Of a stretch of 64,000 nt of DNA, positions 51,652 to 61,131 are shown piece after piece (within the stretch, counting starts at the first letter, position 1; the number at the start of each line of letters is the position of its first letter). The stretch spans positions 16,596-80,595 of the forward strand of contig DATBKZ010000043.1 of NCBI GenBank assembly GCA_036555615.1, written 5' to 3'. This DNA is from Burkholderiales bacterium. Lineage in GTDB: Bacteria; Pseudomonadota; Gammaproteobacteria; Burkholderiales; SG8-41. The notes beneath the pieces were generated by a model. It searched no databases. It was not told the origin of the DNA and was given only the letters and a program-made list of their open reading frames with translations. The position numbers and the translations under genes are program-made.

Positions 51652-52440
51652 CTAGCGGCACACCGGCATCGCGAGTGCCTGCAGCACATCGCCGGAGCGC
51701 TCGCTCTGAACGAACGCTGCCACGTGCAGATCGCCGGTTTTCCAGCCCGGATCGAGTTGAAGCCATTGCTGCAGCCGGGCGACGCCGCTGGCATCGACCG
51801 GGAACGGCCCCGCCAGATCGCGCACGACGAAATCGTGACGCAGGCGCTTGCCCCGGTTTTCTCCGGCCGTAACGTGGTTCGAGAGATTATTCTCGTAGAG
51901 CGCGAGAAACGCATGCGCGCCGGTGCGCGCTGCGGCATCGGTGACTGCCACCGAGCCGCTTACTGTCAGACCGGCCGCACCCTCGGCTTGCAGCCGCAGG
52001 CTGATCATTGCCCGCGCGGGATCACGATTGAGGTTGCCCAGGCGGCTACCGAAGTCATCGAACAGGCTGCCGCGCCGGTAATCCCTGCCGTTCAGGAGCA
52101 GTTGGGGTGTGTAGATTACTGTCGCGCCATTGCGCCGGCTCGCCGTTCTCTGCCGCTCGCTGTATTGCGCCTTGGCGAACGGATCGGGCCAGCCCAGGTC
52201 GTTCCAGTAATCGACGTGGAATGCCAGCGTCACAACGCTGGCTCGGCCATAACCGCGAGCCGGCAGCTCGCTCACCCAGCGGTCGGTGGGCGGGCAACTG
52301 TTGCAGCCCTCCGAGGTATAGAGCTCGAGCAATGCCACGCGCTGCGCCGAACTTTCGGCGGCACAGGTGGCTGCGTGCGTCGAGGCGGCGACGGCGGTCA
52401 TCATGATCGCGGCGATGAAACGGCCGTATGGATGGATCAT
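51652..52440 (-). CDS. DUF1223 domain protein (secreted, thioredoxin-like)
   Basis: Has a signal peptide. LELYTSEGCNSCPPTD and FHVDYWNDLGWPDPF are typical of DUF1223. Confidence 0.8.
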   Translation of the reverse strand: MIHPYGRFIAAIMMTAVAASTHAATCAAESSAQRVALLELYTSEGCNSCPPTDRWVSELPARGYGRASVVTLAFHVDYWNDLGWPDPFAKAQYSERQRTASRRNGATVIYTPQLLLNGRDYRRGSLFDDFGSRLGNLNRDPARAMISLRLQAEGAAGLTVSGSVAVTDAAARTGAHAFLALYENNLSNHVTAGENRGKRLRHDFVVRDLAGPFPVDASGVARLQQWLQLDPGWKTGDLHVAAFVQSERSGDVLQALAMPVCR

Positions 52441-52598
52441 GGTCCTACATACGCTTGCGGACGGATTTTGGCTGCAGGCAAGCGGTCGAACTCATGGCGG
52501 CTCCCATCACCAGGCAACTCACCTATTTTCTGAGAAAAATAATCTAAGTCAATGATGTAAAGTTATAATTCATATCGAAGAGCCCAAGCCTATCCGTC

Positions 52599-53222
52599 AT
52601 GGCGCAATTTTTCTCCATTCATCCGGACAACCCGCAACCGCGCCTCGTCCGGCGCGCGGCCGAAATCGTGCGTGCGGGGGGCGTCCTCGTCTACCCGACG
52701 GACTCCTGCTATGCCCTCGGCTGCCGCATCGGGGACAAGGCCGCGATGGAACGCATGCGCGCGATCCGCAAGGTCGGAGAACGGCATCATTTCGCGCTGG
52801 TCTGTCGCGATCTCGCCGAGCTGGCGGTCTATGCCAAGGTGGACAATCGCCAATTCCGGCTGTTGAAGCGCGCGACCCCCGGCGGCTACACGTTCATACT
52901 GAAAGCAACCCGCGAAGTCCCCAAGCGTCTGCTGCACCCGAGCCGCAGGACCATCGGGCTGCGGGTGCCGGATCATCGGGTGGTGCAGGCGCTGCTCGCG
53001 GAACTGGGCGAGCCGCTCTTGAGCTCAACGCTGCAGCTGCCGGGAGACGAGCTGCCGCTCAACGATGCGCACGAAATCCGCGACCGCCTGGAGCACGAGG
53101 TCGATCTCGTACTCGACAGCGGCTCGTGCGGGATCACGCCGACGACGGTCGTGGATCTCACCGGGGAAGCGCCGTTGATCGCGCGCCAGGGGAAGGCGAG
53201 CTCGCAGCTTTTCGGGCTGTAG
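52599..53222 (+). CDS. L-threonylcarbamoyladenylate synthase-like protein (YrdC/YciO family)
   Basis: 207 aa. VLVYPTDSCYALGC..., RIKxR-type segment, GGYTFIL. Confidence 0.85.
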   Translation: MAQFFSIHPDNPQPRLVRRAAEIVRAGGVLVYPTDSCYALGCRIGDKAAMERMRAIRKVGERHHFALVCRDLAELAVYAKVDNRQFRLLKRATPGGYTFILKATREVPKRLLHPSRRTIGLRVPDHRVVQALLAELGEPLLSSTLQLPGDELPLNDAHEIRDRLEHEVDLVLDSGSCGITPTTVVDLTGEAPLIARQGKASSQLFGL

Positions 53223-53304
53223 CGCACGAATCAAGAGGCGGGAAGACGACCTGCTAGAATGCCGCTCTGTCCCGTCACCGGGCGCCCGGCGCGCAACAGG
53301 CATT

Positions 53305-54000
53305 GTGGAGTTGCACCTCGTCCAGATCATCGCCATCTACGCACTTCCCGTGATCCTTGCGATCACGCTGCACGAGGCGGCGCACGGTTATGTCGCCCGG
53401 CATTTCGGTGACATGACCGCGTACCTGGAGGGGCGCGTGAGCCTGAATCCGCTGCGTCACATCGACCCCTTCGGCACGGTGGCGCTGCCGTTGATCCTGC
53501 TCGCCCTTACCAAGCTCTTCGGAGGCGGCATCATTTTCGGGTGGGCCAAGCCCGTTCCCGTCAACTTCGCCAACCTGCGCCATCCCAAGCGTGACATGCT
53601 GTGGGTCGCGGCTGCCGGTCCCCTGAGCAACCTCGTGATGGCGCTCATCTGGGCGCTCGTGCTCAAGCTCGGCCTGTCGATGCCCGGAAGCTATTTCGCG
53701 CTGCCGCTGGCCCTGATGGGGGCGGCCGGAGTCTTCTTCAATATCATCATCATGGTGCTCAACCTGGTGCCTCTGCCGCCGCTCGACGGCGGGCGCATCC
53801 TCGTGAGCCTGCTTCCGCATCGCCTCGCTTGGCGCGTGGCGCGCATCGAGCCCTATGGTTTCCTGATCCTCATCGTGCTCCTTCTCACCGGGGTGCTCGG
53901 CGCCATGCTGTGGCCCGCGATCGGCGTGCTGATGGCGGCCGTTGCGGGGCTGCTCGGCGTGTCGATGAGCGACCTCATCAAGCTGACGAGCATCATCTAG
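53305..54000 (+). CDS. Site-2 protease family (peptidase M50) membrane metalloprotease
   Basis: HEAAHG zinc motif in the first TM region, a polytopic topology, and the PLPPLDGG motif. Confidence 0.82.
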   Translation: MELHLVQIIAIYALPVILAITLHEAAHGYVARHFGDMTAYLEGRVSLNPLRHIDPFGTVALPLILLALTKLFGGGIIFGWAKPVPVNFANLRHPKRDMLWVAAAGPLSNLVMALIWALVLKLGLSMPGSYFALPLALMGAAGVFFNIIIMVLNLVPLPPLDGGRILVSLLPHRLAWRVARIEPYGFLILIVLLLTGVLGAMLWPAIGVLMAAVAGLLGVSMSDLIKLTSII

Positions 54001-54021
54001 TCTGGGGAAGGGCCAGCGCCG

Positions 54022-55224
54022 ATGTTCGTCAACCGCGTACTGTCAGGCATGCGCCCGACCGGGGCGCTGCATCTCGGGCATTATCACGGCGTCCTCAAGA
54101 ACTGGGTCAAGCTGCAGCACGAGTACGAATGCCTGTATTTCGTCGCCGACTGGCACGCGCTGACGACGCACTACGACACGCCCGAGGTCGTCGAGCAGAA
54201 CGTATGGGACATGGTGATCGACTGGCTCGCTTCGGGAGTCGACCCGGCACAGGCGACGCTGTTCATTCAGTCGCGGGTTCCGGAGCACGCCGAGCTGCAT
54301 CTGCTGCTTTCCATGGTGACCCCGCTCGGCTGGCTCGAGCGTATTCCGACGTACAAGGACCAGCAGGAGAAGCTCGCAGACCGCGACCTCGCGACGTACG
54401 GGTTTCTCGGCTACCCGCTGCTCCAAAGCGCCGACATCCTCATCTACCGGGCCAATCTCGTGCCGGTGGGCGAGGACCAGGTGCCGCACGTCGAGTTCAC
54501 GCGCGAGATCGCCCGACGGTTCAATCACGTGTTCGGGCGCGAAGTGGGATTCGAGCAGAAGGCGGAGGGCGCGATCAAGAAGCTCGGCGCCAAGCGCGCC
54601 CGTCTCTATCGCCAGCTGCGCACCAAGTTCATGGAGAAGGGGGACAAGGACGCTCTCGCCGCGGCGCGCGAACTGGTCGAAGAAGCGCAGAACCTGCCGA
54701 TGGGCGATCGCGAGCGGCTGTTCGGCTACATCGAGGGCGGCGGCAAGGTGATCCTGTCCGAGCCGCAAGCGCTGCTGACCGAGGCGTCGAGGATGCCGGG
54801 GCTCGACGGGCAGAAGATGTCGAAGTCCTATGACAACACCATCGGCCTGCGTGAGGATGCGGAGACCATCACCCGCAAGATCCGCACCATGCCGACGGAT
54901 CCGGCGCGGGTGAAGCGCAGCGACCCGGGCACCCCTGAGAAATGCCCGGTCTGGCAGTTTCACCTCGTCTATTCGGACGAGGCGCGCAAGCAGTGGGTCC
55001 AGGAGGGCTGCCGCGGCGCGAAGATCGGATGCCTGGAGTGCAAGCAACCGGTGATCGACGCCGTACTCGAAGAGCAGAAGCCGATGCGCGAACGGGCCCA
55101 GCGCTACCTGGACGATCCCACGCTGGTGCGCTCGATCATTGCCGATGGTTGCGAAAAGGCGCGCAAGCAGGCGCAGGAGACGTTGCGCGAAGTGAAGCAG
55201 GTGATGGGCCTGAACTACAGCTAA
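54022..55224 (+). CDS. trpS: Tryptophan--tRNA ligase (long form with internal insertion)
   Basis: HIGH-like GALHLGHY and KMSKS motifs. It is 400 aa against about 334 in E. coli. Confidence 0.92.
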   Translation: MFVNRVLSGMRPTGALHLGHYHGVLKNWVKLQHEYECLYFVADWHALTTHYDTPEVVEQNVWDMVIDWLASGVDPAQATLFIQSRVPEHAELHLLLSMVTPLGWLERIPTYKDQQEKLADRDLATYGFLGYPLLQSADILIYRANLVPVGEDQVPHVEFTREIARRFNHVFGREVGFEQKAEGAIKKLGAKRARLYRQLRTKFMEKGDKDALAAARELVEEAQNLPMGDRERLFGYIEGGGKVILSEPQALLTEASRMPGLDGQKMSKSYDNTIGLREDAETITRKIRTMPTDPARVKRSDPGTPEKCPVWQFHLVYSDEARKQWVQEGCRGAKIGCLECKQPVIDAVLEEQKPMRERAQRYLDDPTLVRSIIADGCEKARKQAQETLREVKQVMGLNYS

Positions 55225-55260
55225 ATGCTGCCGAAACGGACAGCCACGCAGCTGTTCCAG

Positions 55261-55337
55261 CTGCGCGCGTTGGAACGGACGGTTCCGGAGCGGGAGGGCA
55301 AAGTTTCAGCGTGACGTTCGCCGTTCAACGCGCGCAG
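55261..55337. repeat. REP-like element, copy D (hairpin-2 module only)
   Basis: CTGCGCGCGTTGGAACGG...(42 nt)...CCGTTCAACGCGCGCAG. It shares the CGCGCGTTG/TCAACGCGCG arms with the other copies. Confidence 0.65.
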
Positions 55338-55503
55338 GTGTAGAATATTCGCATGCCAGCATCGCCTCGGCCGGGCGGTGGCCTTCTGGCCTCTCGTCCG
55401 GATGCAGTAACCGGCGGCTTCCGCCAGCCGGCAGGTAGATTCCTCCCCGAAAATCTGCGCCGCCCGCACTGCAATCGTCCTGGTGCGCGCCGAACGCGTG
55501 GTC

Positions 55504-56307
55504 ATGTCTGAGCCGTCAACAGTGGCCCCGATCGCCCGCGTCTATGGCGAGCCCGTGCTCGACGTTCCGTACGACCTCTATATTCCGCCCGATGCCCTCG
55601 AGGTGATACTGGAGCAGTTCGAAGGACCTCTCGACCTGCTGCTCTACCTCATCCGCAAGGAAAACATCAACGTGCTCGACATCCCGATGGCACGGCTCAC
55701 GGCACAGTACCTCGATTACGTCGAGCTGATGCGCACCCGCTCGCTCGAGCTTGCCGCCGAGTACTTGCTGATGGCCGCATTGCTGATCGAGATCAAGTCG
55801 CGAATGCTGCTGCCGCGGCCCACCGCGGGTGCGCTCGAGGAGGATCCGCGGGCGGAGCTGGTGCGGCGGCTGCTGGAGTACGAGCAGATGAAGCTCGCGG
55901 CACAGCGCTTGAACGAGCTGCCGCAGTCGGGACGGGATTTCTCGATGGTGCAGGTGCTGTTCGACCGGGCGGTCGCCGAGCGGCTGCCGGAGGTGAGGGC
56001 GGAGGACCTGCGCTCGGCATGGCTCTCGCTGCTCACGCGTGCGGCCATGAACCGCCACCACCGGATTACGCGCGAGCAACTCTCGGTGCGCGATCACATG
56101 TCCCGCATCCTGCGGCGCCTGCATGAGGCACGCTCCGTCGAATTCAGCGAGCTGTTCGATCCCCGGCAAGGTGTCGCGGTATTGATCGTGACATTGCTCG
56201 CGGTTCTCGAGCTGGCGCGCGAAGGCCTGATCGAGGTGAGCCAGCACGCCGCGTATGCACCCATTCACCTCAGACTCAAGACCGGCCACCTTACGGCCGT
56301 GGAGTAA
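55504..56307 (+). CDS. scpA: Segregation and condensation protein A
   Basis: FEGPLDLLLYLIRKENINVLDIPMARLTAQYLDY. ATG 55504 was chosen. Confidence 0.9.
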   Translation: MSEPSTVAPIARVYGEPVLDVPYDLYIPPDALEVILEQFEGPLDLLLYLIRKENINVLDIPMARLTAQYLDYVELMRTRSLELAAEYLLMAALLIEIKSRMLLPRPTAGALEEDPRAELVRRLLEYEQMKLAAQRLNELPQSGRDFSMVQVLFDRAVAERLPEVRAEDLRSAWLSLLTRAAMNRHHRITREQLSVRDHMSRILRRLHEARSVEFSELFDPRQGVAVLIVTLLAVLELAREGLIEVSQHAAYAPIHLRLKTGHLTAVE

Positions 56308-56321
56308 CAGGAAAAGCCAAT

Positions 56322-56942
56322 ATGCAGACCCCTGATCTCGGACACATGAAGACCGTTGTGGAGGCCGTGCTCCTGGTGAGCCAGGAGCCGCTGCCCATCT
56401 CGGAGCTCAAGAAGCTCTTCGATGAGGCGCCCCCGACCGATGTCTTGCGCAGAGTTCTGGAAGAGCTGCGCCGGGACTGGCAGGGGCGGGGCGTGGAGCT
56501 GACGCAAGTCGCATCCGGCTGGCGCTTCCGGGCACGGCCCGAGATCCAGAAATTCATCGAGCGGGTGAATCCCCAAAAGCCGCCGCGCTATTCGCGCGCG
56601 GTGCTGGAGACGCTTGCCATCATCGCCTACCGGCAGCCGTGCACGCGCGGGGATATCGAGGAAATACGCGGCGTGGTGGTGTCGCCCAACATCATCAAAG
56701 CGCTGGAAGCGCGTGGCTGGATCGAGATCGTGGGACACAAGGAAGTGCCCGGCCGCCCCGAGCTGTTCGCGACGACCCGGGGATTCCTCGACGACCTCAA
56801 TCTCGCGTCGCTTGAGGAACTGCCGCCGCTGGATGACCTGGGCTCCCTGGTAGAAACCGGCCAGGCGGTCGCGGCGCCCGCCGCTGCGGTGGAACGGCCG
56901 GATGCCGAAGCGATCGAGGAGCCGCGTCGCGCGGCCGCCTGA
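56322..56942 (+). CDS. scpB: Segregation and condensation protein B
   Basis: AVLLVSQEPLPISEL..., LETLAIIAYRQPCTRGDIEEIRGV. Confidence 0.9.
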   Translation: MQTPDLGHMKTVVEAVLLVSQEPLPISELKKLFDEAPPTDVLRRVLEELRRDWQGRGVELTQVASGWRFRARPEIQKFIERVNPQKPPRYSRAVLETLAIIAYRQPCTRGDIEEIRGVVVSPNIIKALEARGWIEIVGHKEVPGRPELFATTRGFLDDLNLASLEELPPLDDLGSLVETGQAVAAPAAAVERPDAEAIEEPRRAAA

Positions 56943-56958
56943 GGGCCCCCAAGCGGGC

Positions 56959-57432
56959 TCAGCGCCCCGGCACGGCGGCAACGAGCTCGATCTCGAGGAG
57001 GTATTCGGGGTCGACCAGCGCGGTGATGACAACGCTCGTGCTGGCGGGCCGCGTCCGCAAGTGGGCGAAGCGCGCGTCGCGCACCTCGCGAAAGATCTTG
57101 GCCTGGGAGATATTGGTCAGATAATTGGTCGTCTTGACGACGTTCTCGAAGCCAGCGCCAACGGAGCGCAATACAGTCTCCAGATTGTCATAGACCCGCT
57201 CGACCTGCTCGCGAAAATCCCGGCTGGTCACCTGGCGTTGCGCGTTGACCGGCACCTGCCCCGATACGAACAGAAGCCGGCCCCCCTCGACCTCCACCAC
57301 ATGGCTGTAGGACTTCGGATCGAAGAACTCAGGCGGGCAGCTGTAGCGGACCCGGAAACGGGGAGCGGTTTTCCTGAGGCGCGGCCGCCGGTCCGATCGG
57401 TGAGCGCGGCGTGATGCTGGGCGTCGTCGCAT
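56959..57432 (-). CDS. RidA/YjgF/L-PSP family protein with an Arg-rich N-terminal extension
   Basis: YSHVVEVEGGRLLFVSGQVP... and a conserved C-terminus. ATG 57432 follows AGGAGGGAACACC. Confidence 0.82.
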   Translation of the reverse strand: MRRRPASRRAHRSDRRPRLRKTAPRFRVRYSCPPEFFDPKSYSHVVEVEGGRLLFVSGQVPVNAQRQVTSRDFREQVERVYDNLETVLRSVGAGFENVVKTTNYLTNISQAKIFREVRDARFAHLRTRPASTSVVITALVDPEYLLEIELVAAVPGR

Positions 57433-57447
57433 GGTGTTCCCTCCTAT

Positions 57448-57499
57448 GGGGTCAGGTTCGATTTTCTGCTGATGATGTCAGAAAATCGAGCCTGACCCC
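57448..57499. repeat. 21-bp inverted repeat (20/21 match), probable terminator or operator
   Basis: GGGGTCAGGTTCGATTTTCTG-ctgatgatgt-CAGAAAATCGAGCCTGACCCC. It lies between the stop of the dehydrogenase gene (57502) and the RidA start (57432). Confidence 0.6.
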
Positions 57500-57501
57500 G
57501 A

Positions 57502-58653
57502 TTAGCCAGCTGGCTCGAGGCGCGCCAGCATGCCGCGCGGCTCGTCGGTCAGCAGGTAGATGAGGCCGTCCGGTCCGTTGCGCACATCCCGGATGCGCCC
57601 GATGGTGTTTTTCAGCAATCGCTCCTCCTTGACGACTTTTTCGCCGTCAAGCTTCAGCCGGACCAGCATCTGGTCGCGCAGCGCGCCGACGAAAAGATCG
57701 CCACGCCAGCCCGGGAACCGGGCGCCGTCATAGAACGCCATGCCCGAGGGTGCAATCGACGGCACCCAGTAATAGAGGGGCTGCGCCATGCCCGCCTTGT
57801 GCGTGCCTTCGCCGATCCTCGTACCGATCACGTACTGGACACCATAGGTGATGACGGGCCACCCGTAGTTCACGCCCGCGCGGACAACATTGATCTCGTC
57901 TCCACCTTGCGGGCCGTGCTCGTGAGTCCAAACGAGCCCGGTCTGCGGATGCAATGCCGCGCCCTGGATGTTGCGGTTGCCGAGCGTGTATTTCTCGGGC
58001 TTCCAGCCGGGCCTGCCGAGGAAGGGGTTGTCCTTCGGCACTCGCCCGTCGTCGTGCAGGCGTATGACGGAGCCAGCATGATCGTCGGGCCTCTGCGCGC
58101 GTTCCATCTCGCCGCGGTCGCCAAGCGTGATATAGAGAAAGCCCTCACGGTCGAACACGAGCCGCGAGCCGAAGTGCCGGCCGCCATTGCCCTTGGGCTG
58201 CTGGCGGAAGATCACCTCGACAGCGTCCAGCCGGTTCGCGATGAGCCTGCCGCGGGCAACCTCTGTCCCGACGCCTTCTCCGCGTGCCGCGTAAGAAATA
58301 TAGATCAGGCTGTTCTCGGAAAAACGGGGATGAAGCGCGACATCCAGCAGCCCGCCTTGGCCGTACGCCGCAATCTCGGGCAGGCCCGAAACCGGCCGGG
58401 ACAATAGCCGGCCGTCCCCGCCCACTATCCGCAATCTCCCGGCGCGTTCCGTGACCAGCATGCGACCATCGGGCAGGAACGCGAGTCCCCAGGGATGCTC
58501 GAGGCCCTCGACCAGCCGCACGAGCCGGAAGCTGTGCGCTTCGCTCCGCACGATCTGGGCATGCACCGCGGTCGCGCCGAGCGCAAGCGCGGCGTAGAGC
58601 ACGAGCGAGGAGCCCGCGGCGAGCCCGCAGGTGACTGTTCGGCTGCACATCAT
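57502..58653 (-). CDS. PQQ-dependent sugar dehydrogenase (soluble aldose/sorbosone dehydrogenase, YliI-like)
   Basis: Has a signal peptide and beta-propeller motifs (LEHPWGLAFLPDGRMLVTER, GGRHFGSRLVFD, HEHGPQGGDEIN, NYGWP). Confidence 0.85.
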   Translation of the reverse strand: MMCSRTVTCGLAAGSSLVLYAALALGATAVHAQIVRSEAHSFRLVRLVEGLEHPWGLAFLPDGRMLVTERAGRLRIVGGDGRLLSRPVSGLPEIAAYGQGGLLDVALHPRFSENSLIYISYAARGEGVGTEVARGRLIANRLDAVEVIFRQQPKGNGGRHFGSRLVFDREGFLYITLGDRGEMERAQRPDDHAGSVIRLHDDGRVPKDNPFLGRPGWKPEKYTLGNRNIQGAALHPQTGLVWTHEHGPQGGDEINVVRAGVNYGWPVITYGVQYVIGTRIGEGTHKAGMAQPLYYWVPSIAPSGMAFYDGARFPGWRGDLFVGALRDQMLVRLKLDGEKVVKEERLLKNTIGRIRDVRNGPDGLIYLLTDEPRGMLARLEPAG

Positions 58654-58698
58654 CTGCCGCGATGTCCGGCGGGCGGCCTGAAGCCGGGCTCGGGGGCG

Positions 58699-58989
58699 CT
58701 ATTTCTGAAAGTGCGAGCGCGCTTTTTCAAACGCTTCGCGCATCCTGGCCCATGCGTCGTCGGCGCCGCGCATGAGATCTATCCACGCTTCGCCCGAGGA
58801 CGACTGGATGCGGCGCATGTGCTCCAGCGCCTGATCGCGCTGGTGACGGAATGCCTGCAGTTGCTTGTCATATTCGACACGCATGCCGGCTTGGGCCTGC
58901 CGCGTCTTCTCTTCCCACTTCGCAACTTCGGCATTCCACTGGTCCAGCTGCTTCTTGAGCTTTTCAACGTACTCGTCGCGCTTGCTCAT
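58699..58989 (-). CDS. Small coiled-coil protein (hypothetical)
   Basis: 96 aa with a heptad-rich charged sequence (YVEKLKKQLDQWNAEVAKWEEK...). Confidence 0.55.
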   Translation of the reverse strand: MSKRDEYVEKLKKQLDQWNAEVAKWEEKTRQAQAGMRVEYDKQLQAFRHQRDQALEHMRRIQSSSGEAWIDLMRGADDAWARMREAFEKARSHFQK

Positions 58990-59045
58990 ACAGCCTCCTT
59001 TCCATCCTGGCCCTACCGTGGCCTGTCGTTAACGGTGAGCGCGTT

Positions 59046-59558
59046 TCAAAGTGGAACCGGCCGAATCCCGAATTCCAGAGTCTGGAGATCGCCAAACACG
59101 TAGGTTCGCGGCCCGCTCACGCCTGCGACCGTCCCGGGATCGATACGCAACGTCTCCTCCCCCTTGATGTTCCGAATGCGCTCGATGACCGCGCGGTGCT
59201 CATGACCGTTGCAGACCAGGTCGTATTCGCCGGTCAGCGCCATGGCCTTGGCATAATGCGGATAGTGCACCATGAATATCCGCCTCCGGGCCAGGTCCAG
59301 GGACCCGTCCTGCCCGTAGTATTGCACGCGGTTTCCGTGCTGCTGCGCAAACTTGGACAGGTAAAACATGTCGCCCGCATTGTTCCCGTGAATCAGGTGG
59401 ATTGGCAGGCCCAGGTCGAGGATCGCGTGCAGCGTCGAAGGCGCCACCAGATCGCCGCAGTGCAATACCGCCTCGGCACCAAGCGCTCTTGCCTCCACGA
59501 CCGCCGCGGCGAGCGGCTCACGGTGGTCGTGGCTGTCGGAGACGATGCAGATTTTCAA
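59046..59558 (-). CDS. Metallophosphoesterase (YfcE/MJ0936 family)
   Basis: MKICIVSDSHD..., HCGD, GNNAGD and GHEH motifs. Confidence 0.85.
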   Translation of the reverse strand: MKICIVSDSHDHREPLAAAVVEARALGAEAVLHCGDLVAPSTLHAILDLGLPIHLIHGNNAGDMFYLSKFAQQHGNRVQYYGQDGSLDLARRRIFMVHYPHYAKAMALTGEYDLVCNGHEHRAVIERIRNIKGEETLRIDPGTVAGVSGPRTYVFGDLQTLEFGIRPVPL

Positions 59559-59646
59559 GCTGCCTCTTGTACTTCGGGATGACCTTTCGGGTAGTGTCTC
59601 ATATCGCGCCGGCCACGCGGGCGCCCGCGATTCGGGAAGCCGGGCG

Positions 59647-59674
59647 TTTCAAAGTTTTTTCTATGGTGTTATAA
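59647..59674 (+). promoter_or_regulatory. Candidate sigma-70 promoter for the apr operon (TTTCAA-N16-TTATAA)
   Basis: It is an AT-rich patch about 93 nt upstream of the aprM-like start. Confidence 0.3.
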
Positions 59675-59766
59675 CCTTTTTTTCGCGATATCCTCGCCGC
59701 GTGCGCTTAAAATCAATGCGGTAGCAAGGGAATACCGTCGCCGCAGCGAATCACATCGAGGACAAG

Positions 59767-60606
59767 ATGTTCACCAGCAATCCGTTTGCCCAGTTATCGG
59801 CATCGATGTCTCCCGACGTCATCCAGACCTACGTCGTCATCATGATTGTTCTGGTCGCGGCCGGGACGCTGTTCGACATCGTTCACAAGGGAAGCGCCAA
59901 ATATTTCTTTGAAAACTGGCGAAAATCGAAAAGCACAGGGTCGAAGCAAGTCGGGGGCGGCGAGCTGGTGTCAATCGCCATCCAGACCGGCCTCGTGGAC
60001 GTTCTCGCGTCCGGGGAATTTTGTAACGTGCGTCGCCGGATCGCCCATCTGCTGACGATGTACGGATTCGTGATCCACGTCGTCGCCACTGCCATCATGG
60101 TGTTCGGCTACCCGACTCCCGCCACGCCAACGCCCGCGATCTTGCCGCAGCTTTGGTGGATCGGCGGCTTGATGGTTTGCCTTGGCGGATACTGGTTCTG
60201 GTTCTTCATTCGAGTCGATGTCGCCGCCGAAGGCGGCTCGCCCTTCCGCATCATGCGAGCGGACTTGTTCATCCTCTCGCTGCTCGCCAGCGTCACGCTG
60301 GGCTTGATCTGGGCCTACCTGCAAACGAGGGGCAGCTCCGGGGCCAGCGTGGCATTCGGCTTGTACGTCATTGCCACGACGGTGCTGTTCGGTTCTGTAC
60401 CGTGGTCCAAGTTCGCGCACATGTTCTTCAAGCCCGCGGCCGCTTTCGAGAAGAGAATAACCAAGGCCAATGGCACGGCCGAGAATCTGCCGACGCAGAC
60501 CCGCGACGACCCCGAGCAGCAAAAGAGGCACTCCATGGAGCTGTTGCAAAACGCTCCGATGAACATGGGGCTTGGCATCAAGCGCGAAGCGCCACGCCAC
60601 TATTAG
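59767..60606 (+). CDS. aprM: AprM-like membrane anchor of APS reductase (HdrE/NarI-like 5-TM protein)
   Basis: 279 aa with about five TM helices. It has a C-terminal KFAHMFFKP motif typical of HdrE/DsrM/QmoC-type membrane modules. It lies immediately upstream of aprBA. Confidence 0.6.
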   Translation: MFTSNPFAQLSASMSPDVIQTYVVIMIVLVAAGTLFDIVHKGSAKYFFENWRKSKSTGSKQVGGGELVSIAIQTGLVDVLASGEFCNVRRRIAHLLTMYGFVIHVVATAIMVFGYPTPATPTPAILPQLWWIGGLMVCLGGYWFWFFIRVDVAAEGGSPFRIMRADLFILSLLASVTLGLIWAYLQTRGSSGASVAFGLYVIATTVLFGSVPWSKFAHMFFKPAAAFEKRITKANGTAENLPTQTRDDPEQQKRHSMELLQNAPMNMGLGIKREAPRHY

Positions 60607-60651
60607 GAAGCAGGCAGCAAGGCCTGTCGTAACGAACAAGGAGCCGGACTC

Positions 60652-61131
60652 ATGCCTACCTTCGTCTACATGACAAGGTGCGACGGATGCGGACACTGCG
60701 TCGACATCTGTCCCTCGGACATCATGCACATCGACAAGACCTATCGCCGTGCGTACAACATCGAGCCCAACATGTGCTGGGAGTGCTACTCCTGCGTGAA
60801 AGCCTGCCCGCAGCATGCGATCGACGTGCGCGGCTATGCCGACTTCGCCCCGTTGGGCCACAGCGTTCGCGTCCACCGCGACGAAGAGAAAGGCACGATC
60901 GCCTGGAGGATCAAGTTCCGCAACGGCGCGGAAAAGAGCTTCCTGTCGCCCATTACCACCAAGCCCTGGGGAACGGCGATCCCGCAGCTCAGGAATGTTC
61001 CCGGACCCGGCAAGGAAATGCGCGACGGTCAGCTGTTGTACAACGAGCCGAAATGGATCCGCATGGATGACGGCGGCTTACATACGCTCCAGGCCGCCGG
61101 CCTCAAATTGAAGAAAGGCGTGTACTACTGA
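60652..61131 (+). CDS. aprB: Adenylylsulfate (APS) reductase beta subunit
   Basis: MPTFVYMTRCDGCGHCVDICPSDIMHID...CWECYSCVKACPQHAI gives two [4Fe-4S] motifs, followed by a typical AprB tail. Confidence 0.93.
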   Translation: MPTFVYMTRCDGCGHCVDICPSDIMHIDKTYRRAYNIEPNMCWECYSCVKACPQHAIDVRGYADFAPLGHSVRVHRDEEKGTIAWRIKFRNGAEKSFLSPITTKPWGTAIPQLRNVPGPGKEMRDGQLLYNEPKWIRMDDGGLHTLQAAGLKLKKGVYY

